A DNA stretch of 64,000 nt from Candidatus Woesebacteria bacterium (GTDB taxonomy: Bacteria > Patescibacteriota > Microgenomatia > UBA8517): contig CP066693.1 in NCBI GenBank assembly GCA_016432525.1, positions 160,815 to 224,814 of the forward strand, in the 5' to 3' direction. How positions within the stretch are numbered: position 1 is the first letter of the stretch; the number at the start of each line of letters is the position of its first letter. Under the pieces are notes generated by a model that was given only the letters and a program-made list of their open reading frames with translations, was not told the origin of the DNA and ran no database searches. Positions 8,795 through 18,164 of this stretch are shown here, piece after piece. The translations under genes were made by a program, and so were the position numbers.

Positions 8795-11700
8795 GATTAA
8801 AAAAAAAGTATTTTCTGGCAACTATTTTAGGTTTTTTAATATTTTTTTCATCACAAGTTGGTAATTTAAGTAATACCAAAGCAGCAGTTGCATCCCCTCA
8901 GCTTAAAACTGAAATAAATTTCTTTCTCAATCAATCAGATACCAGTGGCTATCTTCTTTGGCAATACTCTGGAACTACTGATCCAGCAGGAATAATCGGT
9001 GGCGACTCGGTCGACTCATACTCGTTCTACGGAAACGGTACCGTTTGTGCAACATTAAAGGAAATGTCCCAATCTCTTCCTTCTGGAAAATTCTTAGGTG
9101 TAAACGTCCACGCCTTAAGTAATCACTTAGATAAGCTAAATACTGTTCTAGATGATCTCGAAAACAATTGCGGTACATCAGTAATTAGAATTTTTGGAAC
9201 TTCGGGAAACGGTGGCCCGGGAGCTGTCAAATCTGTTTTGGATGCAGCAGCATCCAAAGGAATGAAAGTAATTGTTGCAGCAGATGATTATTCAAATATC
9301 ATAGGTCCTGCAAACCCAGACCCCACAAATTGGTATCGAAGTGGATATAGAACTACATATCTTCCTTATGTTTTATCTCTTGCCCGTACAATCGGAGGAA
9401 ATCCAGGTCTTTTTGCAATAGAACTTGCAAACGAACCTCACTGTAGTGGTGTTATAGGTTGTGTTCCTTATTACAACTCTTGGGTAGCAGACGTTTCAAG
9501 CCAAATAAAGGCAATTAATTCAAGTATCCAAGTAAGTATTGGACAAATGGGAAATAACACCAATAATCGAGGCGATTCTCCTCCTCCAGGAGATTACAAA
9601 CAAAGCAATAGTGTAAGCACAATTGACATTGGATCAGGACACTATTACACAACAGGCGAAAGAACAATAGTTCAACAAGCGCAGTCTCAAGCCCAATCTC
9701 TTGGAAAGTCTTTCTATATTGGTGAGGCAAGCTCAACCTTGGTTGTTAATGACAACACCTCAACTGGGGGCAACCAACCTCCTATTCAAACCCCCAAACC
9801 AGATCCTTTTGTTCCTTGTGATGAAGTAAGATTAAGCCAAGGAAATACAGAATTCCATTCTCTCAGGCCTTACCAATCAAGCCCCTGTAATACTCAAATG
9901 TCAGATGAAGCTTTATATTGTGGAAACGATCTAATCGTTAAAAAAACTTTTACTGTAACCCCAAGCCAGGGAACATGTACCTCTTTTTGGCCTGACGGCT
10001 CTCCCAAAACCTGTAATTTTACCTTTGACAATACTATCAATTCAACAAATATTTCAGTTGACCTTTCAAACGCCAAATTTCCAATTATGGGTAATACAGA
10101 AAATGTTCCAAACGAATACGGCCAAGGCGTTACACCTCAGGCAACAGACACACAAAAAGTAAATGAATATGTAAGTTGGTACTTGCAAGGATCAAAACAA
10201 AAAGCAGAAGAGCCTTTAACCAACGTTCAAGGAACTGATGACGCAGATACAAATTCAGATGCTTACAAACTGGTCAATCTCACAGGTCCACTGCGAAGGC
10301 TTTTACCAGAACGCCTTCAAAGAGTTCAAAGATATTCGACCATAGTCAAAGCAACCAAAGGAATGCCTCCACCAAAAGCCAACGGTGCAATATCAGATAT
10401 GAGAATCGGAGCCCTTAACCCAACTCTTCAAAAAGAATCTCATGACGAAACAGTTGGTTGCATGAATAATGGCAATGGAGAAGTTTTTCCATGTACTACT
10501 AATACAGATGAAAGTGAACGCATAAGGCTATCTTTCTTCCTAAATAAACTTGTAGGCCCGGGAGGCGGTTCTCCTCTTTTGGAAGAATTTCCAGCCTATC
10601 AAACTAACGGTCAATTCGATTTCTATAAATTCTGGCAAGCCTATCTTACATTTAACGGCAATCCTGTGTGTATTATTTATGGCTTTCTCTGCCCAACCGA
10701 CCCTGTAGGTAGAGCCCAAGCTAACATTTTCTTAAACATTCCCTTCTCTTCAACCGAAGATCGTTTAGGTCAAACATATACAAACAATGGGCTGGTTATA
10801 GATCCAAATTTAGTCTCCCAACCCCAATCAGACTCTCAAGTTTCAAATGTGGAGTTTGTTCCCACAAACACAAAACACAGACTCTATTTTGCCCATATGC
10901 AAGAAAGCTCAGAGCTTGCAACTTTAATCCAAAACACTTTCCTTCCAAAAGGAGTTACCGCTTTCGACCCCTCCCCTCCTAGTCAAACCTTTTATAACTC
11001 CCAAAGGTGTGAAATAAAAGATGCAAGGTCAAACCCAGGAGACAATCTCTTTGGTAATTTCACTCAGCCTGCCAATAGTCCAATTTCAGGAGACCAGACA
11101 ATCGCAGGGAAAATCTCATACACTGTAAAGTTTACATGCGAGTTTCCCCAACCCACTCCAAATCAATCATGTATAAACGATTGTATCTTTAACCTTTCTA
11201 AAGCTGGCCTACCAACAAATACTTGTTCGTCTCAATGCCCCCCAATTCAACCAACATGTACAAGAACTTCACTTACCGCTCTTTCAATCTACACCCAAAC
11301 TCCAAAAATCAATGATGTTTGGCAACAATTGGTTGAAGGTCCCTCCTCAGTCTTCAAAAGAATATTTCCACAAGTAAGCCCCAATGCACCAGTTACTGAG
11401 ATCAAAGATGTTCCAGGAGTAACCCAAGCCTCTTATTCAACCTCCTCAGATGAAGTCCTTGCAGGCGACCCAGGAGCTAATCGTGCTGGCTCTCAAGCTC
11501 AACTCTTCTTTCCTCATATTGGAGGAATCTATGATTATTTCCTAAAAGATATTCAAACAGCCTTAAGACCATACGGAGTTGCGCCAGATTCCCCAGGTAC
11601 TACCGCCCAAGTGTCCCCTGTATCTTCAAGCGTTGATCCTGGTCAATGCAGAAGTTCAATCTGGTCAGGAATACCAATAGACGGTTTTCCAGGCCCAATT

Positions 11701-12279
11701 GCTGATGCATTTCGAGCTGCATCCGCAAAATTCAATATCCCAACTTGTGTCCTAACGGCAATTGCAAGCATCGAAGGCTCAACAATGAGAAATCTATCAA
11801 ACACAGAAGCCCAAGCGATCGCAAGACCTTGGACAAGTGGGCCTCAAGCAGAAATTCCCGATTCTCTATATCCAGGCTTACTAAATAAAATAAATTGTTA
11901 CCTTAACTCAGCCGGAGCAATTGGCCCTATGCAAATTACAATTGATTCCTGGAATGGATATCAAGATGCATCTCAAGGTTATCTTGGAACAAGAGTTCCA
12001 GATAGATGTAATGCAGCTGATGCAATTTTCGCTACAGCTAAATTCCTTGTAAATGGAAGATTGCCAATATACGGCTTTCCAGCAGGATCTGGCTGGTCAG
12101 ATCCCAGAAAATTCTGCGCCGCAGGCCAAACTAACTATGGATCTTGTAGGCTTGATCGCCCAACTTGTAACAATTTAGGAACAAACTACTGTGACTTTCT
12201 CCTTAACTATTGTAAAGGTTCAGTAAATCTTCCATCTAGCGCCAAATGTTCTGATTACTTTCCAACAGACCCACGATAA
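8791..12279 (+). CDS. Giant secreted cell-wall hydrolase: N-terminal GH5-like glycoside hydrolase domain, Cys-rich middle, C-terminal lytic transglycosylase (SLT/VirB1-like) domain
   Basis: Likely start is the ATG at 8791 (MRLKKKYFLATILGFLIFF signal peptide); track ORF start 8686 overlaps the previous pilin gene. IELANEPHC resembles the GH5 NEP acid/base motif. The C-terminus TAIASIEGS...AIGPMQITIDSW...AADAIFATAKFL resembles SLT-domain motifs (ES...GxMQ). Confidence 0.5.
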   Translation: MRLKKKYFLATILGFLIFFSSQVGNLSNTKAAVASPQLKTEINFFLNQSDTSGYLLWQYSGTTDPAGIIGGDSVDSYSFYGNGTVCATLKEMSQSLPSGKFLGVNVHALSNHLDKLNTVLDDLENNCGTSVIRIFGTSGNGGPGAVKSVLDAAASKGMKVIVAADDYSNIIGPANPDPTNWYRSGYRTTYLPYVLSLARTIGGNPGLFAIELANEPHCSGVIGCVPYYNSWVADVSSQIKAINSSIQVSIGQMGNNTNNRGDSPPPGDYKQSNSVSTIDIGSGHYYTTGERTIVQQAQSQAQSLGKSFYIGEASSTLVVNDNTSTGGNQPPIQTPKPDPFVPCDEVRLSQGNTEFHSLRPYQSSPCNTQMSDEALYCGNDLIVKKTFTVTPSQGTCTSFWPDGSPKTCNFTFDNTINSTNISVDLSNAKFPIMGNTENVPNEYGQGVTPQATDTQKVNEYVSWYLQGSKQKAEEPLTNVQGTDDADTNSDAYKLVNLTGPLRRLLPERLQRVQRYSTIVKATKGMPPPKANGAISDMRIGALNPTLQKESHDETVGCMNNGNGEVFPCTTNTDESERIRLSFFLNKLVGPGGGSPLLEEFPAYQTNGQFDFYKFWQAYLTFNGNPVCIIYGFLCPTDPVGRAQANIFLNIPFSSTEDRLGQTYTNNGLVIDPNLVSQPQSDSQVSNVEFVPTNTKHRLYFAHMQESSELATLIQNTFLPKGVTAFDPSPPSQTFYNSQRCEIKDARSNPGDNLFGNFTQPANSPISGDQTIAGKISYTVKFTCEFPQPTPNQSCINDCIFNLSKAGLPTNTCSSQCPPIQPTCTRTSLTALSIYTQTPKINDVWQQLVEGPSSVFKRIFPQVSPNAPVTEIKDVPGVTQASYSTSSDEVLAGDPGANRAGSQAQLFFPHIGGIYDYFLKDIQTALRPYGVAPDSPGTTAQVSPVSSSVDPGQCRSSIWSGIPIDGFPGPIADAFRAASAKFNIPTCVLTAIASIEGSTMRNLSNTEAQAIARPWTSGPQAEIPDSLYPGLLNKINCYLNSAGAIGPMQITIDSWNGYQDASQGYLGTRVPDRCNAADAIFATAKFLVNGRLPIYGFPAGSGWSDPRKFCAAGQTNYGSCRLDRPTCNNLGTNYCDFLLNYCKGSVNLPSSAKCSDYFPTDPR

Positions 12280-12304
12280 TTGTTGCCATAGCCTTTGAAA
12301 AAAT

Positions 12305-13828
12305 ATGTTAAAATCTAAACACATGTATAAAAAAATTTTTCTCTCATTGATGCTTGCCTTCTCTACTCTTCTTTTTACAATTGCCCCAGCAGTTCATGCT
12401 CAAACCACCTGGTGGGACCCTACTCTTCAGGAATTTGGAACTAAAGTTTCCCAAGGAAATCCAAATGATATCTTTGGAGAAAGATACACCTACGCACAAG
12501 TCAACTGGATTATCCTCTCTTTAATTACAATTATCGAAGGAAAACAATTAGCAACATGCTCATCAAGCGCTGATTTTGGCGCAACCATTACTTGTTTATC
12601 TACAAAATTAAGTAGTCAAGCACCAGACGGCCCGATTCTGGCTTTAGCAAGTTGGTCAGACAGTTTTCTTAAAACAAAACCCGCCTCAGGGGTTGATTGG
12701 ACAACCAACTTAGCAAGCAATCTCCGCCTTATTCCAGAAGCCAAAGCTCAAGGTTATGGATTTAAAACTCTTTCAGTTGCAGCAACTCTTTGGAAAGGTA
12801 GCAGAAACTTTGCATATGCTTTAATGACAATTGCAATCGTTATTCTTGCTTTTATGATCATGTTTAGAGTGAAAATTTCCCCACAAGCCTCGGTTACAGT
12901 TCAATCAGCTATTCCCAAAGTTGCAATTGGTTTGGTACTTATAACATTTTCATACGCAATTGCAGGATTTTTGGTTGACTTGGCATTTGTAGCACAAGGA
13001 ATAATAGGTTTAATGTTTAATACAACAGGAATCTCAGGTGAATCTGCAATCAGCCTCTTCAACAACATGAACAATGGTTTGGGAGGAATTCTTACATTGT
13101 CATTAGGTCTGATGGTTCTTGCTCTTGTACCAGTTGCTGGAGGTTTAATTCTCACAGTCACAGGTGTGGGGGCAATAGCAGGAACACCTTTATTCCTTGG
13201 GGGTATACTATTGATAGTATTAATATTCATAGCATTGTTTATTTCAATAGTTAGGATATTTTGGCTACTTCTTAAAACTTACGTTGTTCTTCTTCTTTTG
13301 GTAATAGCCGCACCGTTCTTTATACTCTTCTCAATTGTTTCTCCCGGTTTTGGTTTCGGAGGCTGGTTTAGAACATTTATTGCAAATTTGATCGTTTTCC
13401 CAACTGTAAGTATATTAATACTTTTCGGTCATATGCTGCTTTGGAGCGGAATTAGCACAGGACTTACAACACAAGGGTCTAATCTTAATCCTGCAAATCC
13501 ATTTTGGATAATGCCTATTAACGCCGGTCAAACAATTGGAGGTACTACAGCAGCCCTACCTACCCTAGGAGGTGGAATACGCATTGAATTTATTAGTTAT
13601 TTCGCTGCATTCTTCTTGTTAATGTCTATCGTCTCGATTACAAATGTAATCAAAGCACTCTTTGAGTCAGGAAGACTAGGAAGATATGAATCCGCAGTTG
13701 GCCAAACAACAGGAGTTGTAACAAGGCCAGTGCAAAATTTTGTTGTTTCACCTGCAACCAGCGCTGTTCAAGGTAGTATCAAAAATGTAATATTTAATCG
13801 TTTAGGAGTGAAGCCTCCTGGACCATAA
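12305..13828 (+). CDS. Polytopic membrane protein, VirB6/TrbL-like candidate
   Basis: Signal peptide, ~150-aa extracytoplasmic domain, then at least 6 TM helices over ~300 aa; position between pilins/hydrolase and VirB4 as in T4SS loci. No motif-level confirmation possible by eye. Confidence 0.4.
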   Translation: MLKSKHMYKKIFLSLMLAFSTLLFTIAPAVHAQTTWWDPTLQEFGTKVSQGNPNDIFGERYTYAQVNWIILSLITIIEGKQLATCSSSADFGATITCLSTKLSSQAPDGPILALASWSDSFLKTKPASGVDWTTNLASNLRLIPEAKAQGYGFKTLSVAATLWKGSRNFAYALMTIAIVILAFMIMFRVKISPQASVTVQSAIPKVAIGLVLITFSYAIAGFLVDLAFVAQGIIGLMFNTTGISGESAISLFNNMNNGLGGILTLSLGLMVLALVPVAGGLILTVTGVGAIAGTPLFLGGILLIVLIFIALFISIVRIFWLLLKTYVVLLLLVIAAPFFILFSIVSPGFGFGGWFRTFIANLIVFPTVSILILFGHMLLWSGISTGLTTQGSNLNPANPFWIMPINAGQTIGGTTAALPTLGGGIRIEFISYFAAFFLLMSIVSITNVIKALFESGRLGRYESAVGQTTGVVTRPVQNFVVSPATSAVQGSIKNVIFNRLGVKPPGP

Positions 13829-13860
13829 ACCTTACACATAAACCTTACAAAAGAAGCAAA

Positions 13861-15618
13861 CTATTTTCTTTTCTTTCCTCCACCACCCCCACCTCTACCT
13901 GCACCTGTTAGCGCATCTACCCTATCTAAACGACCAAAAAGGGTTGTAATTCCTCTTTTTGCACCAATCTCTTTCATTTCTCCAGGAGTCAAAAAATAAA
14001 CAAGAAAAGAAACATTTTCCTTTTTCTTTTCCATCGGTTTAACAATATTAGAAACAACTTCATTGTTGTATTTCCAACGACTCCATCCCAAATCTGCTGC
14101 AATTGCAGCGCTCCTGAAAGTGGATACTAAAGCACCTTCTATAAAATAATACCTCAATTTAAGACTTCTATCTGGATCAACGGTATCAAAAATTCCAAAC
14201 CAACTTTCAACTCTGTCTCGCTTAAACATGTCAGGCTCCCAATCACTCTGCAAAAACATATCATGAGCTTCAAGTATTCTAGGAAGAGTGGTAGACAAAT
14301 AATTTCCATATTCTTCGCGACCTAGATTCATAAAATTCATAACACCTAAATCCAACTTTTGAGAATCATTTCCCAACCTTGCTCCTCTGTCAGTTAATGG
14401 ACCTCGAACAGTCCTTGCCATTCTAAAAAATGACGATCCAAATCCCACAACTTTATCAACAGTGACTTCAGGACCACGATCTCTACCTATACCTCTTCCT
14501 TCCCTATATTTTTGCAAATTAATCGACTCTGCAAGTGGATCTACCCCTGCCAACTCGCTATTCCACACAGACACCTCCAACGTTGCCCAAGCAAGTCTTC
14601 TCGCCAGTTGAACCGCTTTGTTTGCAGCCTCTCCCCCTCCCATATCTCTTACAATTCTTCTATAAACTCTCTCTTCTTGATCCTCAGAAATTGACTTTTG
14701 AAAGATTTCCTTCCTAAGAGCTGCATCTTGAATCCTTCCAAAAGCTTCCTTAATGTTTATACCAGGTATTTCGTCACGCAAGGTATCAAAATCACTACCT
14801 TCTAAAACTCTACCTTTGGAACTCAATTCCGTTTGAGCTCTCTTAAATAATCCACCTGGAATCTTTTTATCTCTATCGTTCCCTCCTTCTTTCAAAGCTG
14901 CCTTCACCAAAATATAACAATCCTGCAATCTCAATCTTGCTAAAATTTCAGCTTTCACTTTAGGTTCCAAATCACGATTTGTAAGCAAGTCTTTGAGTCT
15001 GTCATTATCAGATTGGTTCGTAACATCGTAAGTATTAATATCATTCGCTTCAATTCTGTCCAAAAGCCTACGAGCCATCTCTCTTTGTTTCTCAATTGAC
15101 AAAGGCAACTCCCCACTTAAACCAATTTCTGTTCTAATTCTTCCAAGATTTTTTGCATATCTATATTCTTTTACTCCATCCAAAACTGCCATATCGTCCT
15201 CAGAAACATCACTATAATCAAACTTAAAACCACCCAAATTAGCTTCAAGGATCTCATCTTCAACCCTTTCAAGAAACTTTGCTTTCTGAGAATCAAAATC
15301 TGAAGCACCTTCATTTTTCTTCAATCGATCCGCCCTTTGCTCAAAAGCCTTAGATCTTTCTTCTACTTCCTCCATTAATCCATGTCGTTCAGCAATGTTA
15401 AGAAGTTGATTCATTCGATCATCAACTTGATCAAATCTTTGTCTTTCTTGGTCAGTTAAATCTCCAAAACGCTCCTTAAGCCTCTCGTAATCACGTCTGG
15501 CCTCTTTAAAAGTCATTTCACTAGGAGGAATCACTCCCTCATGTCGTTCAGTATCACGGTGCATAGGATTAAAACCCCTTGGTCGCGTAGGTTCTGGAGG
15601 CTCGCCATTAGGATTCAT
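13861..15618 (-). CDS. Hypothetical highly charged soluble protein (585 aa) with C-terminal GRGGGGGGKKRK tail
   Basis: Long minus-strand ORF, about one third E/D/R/K, no TM segments, ends in a Gly6 run followed by KKRK; locally higher GC than neighbours. Confidence 0.45.
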   Translation of the reverse strand: MNPNGEPPEPTRPRGFNPMHRDTERHEGVIPPSEMTFKEARRDYERLKERFGDLTDQERQRFDQVDDRMNQLLNIAERHGLMEEVEERSKAFEQRADRLKKNEGASDFDSQKAKFLERVEDEILEANLGGFKFDYSDVSEDDMAVLDGVKEYRYAKNLGRIRTEIGLSGELPLSIEKQREMARRLLDRIEANDINTYDVTNQSDNDRLKDLLTNRDLEPKVKAEILARLRLQDCYILVKAALKEGGNDRDKKIPGGLFKRAQTELSSKGRVLEGSDFDTLRDEIPGINIKEAFGRIQDAALRKEIFQKSISEDQEERVYRRIVRDMGGGEAANKAVQLARRLAWATLEVSVWNSELAGVDPLAESINLQKYREGRGIGRDRGPEVTVDKVVGFGSSFFRMARTVRGPLTDRGARLGNDSQKLDLGVMNFMNLGREEYGNYLSTTLPRILEAHDMFLQSDWEPDMFKRDRVESWFGIFDTVDPDRSLKLRYYFIEGALVSTFRSAAIAADLGWSRWKYNNEVVSNIVKPMEKKKENVSFLVYFLTPGEMKEIGAKRGITTLFGRLDRVDALTGAGRGGGGGGKKRK

Positions 15619-15717
15619 TAGTCTCTATTTTACCTCAAATATCTTTTTTACACAAAAAAAAGGGCGCCTTTCATGAAATATTTCTATTTCCAGGCGTCCT
15701 CTATTAAAAACATCAAA

Positions 15718-16191
15718 TCACAATTTAACAATTCCTCCACCTACTAGTAACAAAATAACCAAAAAACAAAAAGAGATAAAAAACAAAAAGAATAAAGCCA
15801 GCAAAAGGACTAAAGGAAAACCCTGAGAGCCTTCATTCTCTTGTTTTCGCAGTTCACCCTCTAAAAGATCAGTTACAAGACTCTTATTCTGCGCACAACG
15901 TTCACATACACTATAGTTAGAAACCGAAGCTAGATGTTCAAAACAAGTCTGTTTTTTACATATACTACAAGTGCCCAAATCAGCAGCAACCACACCCCAT
16001 CCAGGCCAACTACCTAATAAATCATTGGGAAGTTCTTTTGTCTTTTCGCTTTGCCTACCACAAATATGGCAAAAAAATTTCCTTTTATGGTTGTTAATCC
16101 TCTCCTGCAACCGAAGTTGTTCCTCTGTTTCCAAACGTACATCTCTCTCTTCTGCAGTCTTCTTAAGATCAGATTTCCAATCGTTTGACAT
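15718..16191 (-). CDS. Cys-rich zinc-ribbon-like protein with C-terminal TM anchor
   Basis: CHICGR...CSICKK...CERCAQ Cys pairs; C-terminal hydrophobic LVLLLALFFLFFISFCFLVILLLV. Confidence 0.4.
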   Translation of the reverse strand: MSNDWKSDLKKTAEERDVRLETEEQLRLQERINNHKRKFFCHICGRQSEKTKELPNDLLGSWPGWGVVAADLGTCSICKKQTCFEHLASVSNYSVCERCAQNKSLVTDLLEGELRKQENEGSQGFPLVLLLALFFLFFISFCFLVILLLVGGGIVKL

Positions 16192-16303
16192 CTTAGTTTC
16201 CTTATTTTAAAGAACTTTCGATTCCTAATTATAACACTATAAGATGAAATATGCTATAATAATCCTGTCCATCTAGTATATTGTTCCTTGAAAGGGAAAT
16301 TTC

Positions 16304-16720
16304 ATGTTCTGTCCAAACTGTGGCAAAGAAACCCGAGAAGATTTTAACTTCTGTCCTCATTGCGGCCATAAGCAAAACGACGAACTAGAAGATACAAAGC
16401 CAATACAAAAAACGGAAATTGTAGAAAAATATATAGACCTCAAAAGCCTAAAGATCTACCTTGCAGTTGGTTCAAAAGTTGAAGAAGAACAGGCATGGAA
16501 AAAAGTTTCAAAAACAGTTCTCGATGAGATTTCTCATTTTGAAAAAGAAGGGCTAAAGCTTATCGATCAAGTCATCGGACCAAATTTACTTGTCTTTGAA
16601 AATGCAGGGAATACTCTAAAAGGAATGCAGATAAATTTCAAAATTGGAGCAGGAGGTGTTAATAACCTCAGCGCTGGAAGAGTAACGGGTGCACGTCTAC
16701 ATTTTAGAAAAAAAATTTAA
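16304..16720 (+). CDS. Zinc-ribbon domain protein
   Basis: N-terminal MFCPNCGKETREDFNFCPHCGHKQ double CxxC zinc ribbon. Confidence 0.45.
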   Translation: MFCPNCGKETREDFNFCPHCGHKQNDELEDTKPIQKTEIVEKYIDLKSLKIYLAVGSKVEEEQAWKKVSKTVLDEISHFEKEGLKLIDQVIGPNLLVFENAGNTLKGMQINFKIGAGGVNNLSAGRVTGARLHFRKKI

Positions 16721-16768
16721 AACCATGGTAAAACATATAGGCAAATAGCATTTTAAAAAGAGGTAAAA

Positions 16769-17038
16769 ATGTCAGACCTTTCCAATGACCAAATAGCACA
16801 AATGGTTGAACAAAATCTGGCTCGATCAGACCATCAACTACTGGCCATAATCGCAACTTATCAGCTAATTCAAGTAAGACAACTAAGCGAACTTCAAGAG
16901 TTACTTGGTAAGTTTATTCAAAAAACAGGACAAGACATTCAAGATATTTCAACAAACACCGCTCGATCAAGAGTCGATTTAGACAGTTTATATAAAAAGG
17001 AATTTAACACAACCAAAGTTCCTTGGTCAGAAGATTAA
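16769..17038 (+). CDS. Hypothetical small protein (89 aa)
   Basis: ORF with upstream GAGG-like RBS (aagaggtaaaaatg). Confidence 0.35.
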   Translation: MSDLSNDQIAQMVEQNLARSDHQLLAIIATYQLIQVRQLSELQELLGKFIQKTGQDIQDISTNTARSRVDLDSLYKKEFNTTKVPWSED

Positions 17039-17084
17039 TCCAACCACATTCACAGCCCTCAACCAAACAAAAACCAGTTGGGGG

Positions 17085-17915
17085 CTAATTTTCTTCTCTC
17101 CACACCTTTTCCTTCTTGCACTTTGGACAATGAATCATTCCTCCATAAATTTGAGCCGCAACTTCATTTCCACAAAAAGGACAAACACAACACAAAATTC
17201 TAACTTCTCCAGAAAAAACCTTAAACGCAGATCTAGTTGGACAACTGATATCCAACTTCTCAACATAATTTGAAAAGTTTGATCCCCTGCTTCCTCGAGA
17301 CAGCTCTCTAGCTAATGGTTCCATTTTTTTTAGAATTTCATCTCTTTTCTCAAAATCATAACCTGATGCAATTTGATCGACCACTTGCGCTCCTATGTTT
17401 TCAGACAAAAACAACATCAAATTCTGATAATCTGATGGCTTAATAAAAATTGGGTACCTTCTTAAATTTTCAATTGACTGAGTTTTAAATATTCTCAAGA
17501 CCTCGCTCTCGTCCCAATTGGTTTTAATTGCTCTATTCAAAAGCATTTTATATCCATCTTTTTCCAAAATTTCACTCAATATAATTTTGGAAACTGAGTA
17601 GACCCCTTTATAAGGTGGACTAACCCATACAGACAATCCTTCACTTTCCCGATTTGCCCAATCTTGTATATCTAAAAGCGCATCCATCTCAACTTTTCCC
17701 AAATAAGTCTCTGTCTCACAAAAATCCTCAACCGGTCTATTAGTTATACTGTCCCTTAGCTTTCCGTCAATCAAAGGATAATAATAAGGATCAGGAATCT
17801 GCTCTGTCTCCAAAACACACGAAGTAAGCTCGATTGCAATTCTTCTCAAATCTCCGAATCGCCACGAATCAATTAAATCATTAGCTAAACTCAAAGTATT
17901 TCTTTCAATAGTCAT
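17085..17915 (-). CDS. Hypothetical protein with C-terminal Cys4 zinc ribbon
   Basis: C-terminal CCVCPFCGN...HCPKCKKEK. Confidence 0.45.
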   Translation of the reverse strand: MTIERNTLSLANDLIDSWRFGDLRRIAIELTSCVLETEQIPDPYYYPLIDGKLRDSITNRPVEDFCETETYLGKVEMDALLDIQDWANRESEGLSVWVSPPYKGVYSVSKIILSEILEKDGYKMLLNRAIKTNWDESEVLRIFKTQSIENLRRYPIFIKPSDYQNLMLFLSENIGAQVVDQIASGYDFEKRDEILKKMEPLARELSRGSRGSNFSNYVEKLDISCPTRSAFKVFSGEVRILCCVCPFCGNEVAAQIYGGMIHCPKCKKEKVWREEN

Positions 17916-17977
17916 CTTGCTCGAGAATAAAAATCACCTGCCTGCCGGCAGGCTGGTCTGCTAGTTTTCCGACTTTA

Positions 17978-17994
17978 CCCCGATTTAATCGGGG
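17978..17994. repeat. Hairpin-forming 17-mer ccccgatttaatcgggg (copy 1, intergenic)
   Basis: 7-bp stem ccccgat/atcgggg with tta loop. An identical 17-mer recurs at 18707..18723. It sits 23 nt downstream of the perfect 12-bp palindrome cctgccggcagg (17941..17952) in the divergent promoter region. Confidence 0.5.
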
Positions 17995-18164
17995 TTTACG
18001 GTTGCGGCACAGCGAGGGATTTACACCCTACTTCCTTTAACACAGATTAGTATTAAACATATTCTCAAGTGGTAAACTTGTAAAGATAACAAACTATATA
18101 AAAAGATTCACCGTGAAAATGTGAAATACTTGATTAAATCTCTTCACGATATAAGCTTAAAGTA

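Noticed and set aside
12901-13230. 109-aa minus-strand ORF
   Set aside because: Antisense within the polytopic VirB6-like gene; Ile/Pro-rich artefact of AT-rich antisense
17916-18164. Possible tRNA/tmRNA/RNase P RNA in the structured intergenic region
   Set aside because: No T-loop (GTTCRANYC) or other family signature recognisable by eye. Kept only as an unexplained hairpin/palindrome observation.
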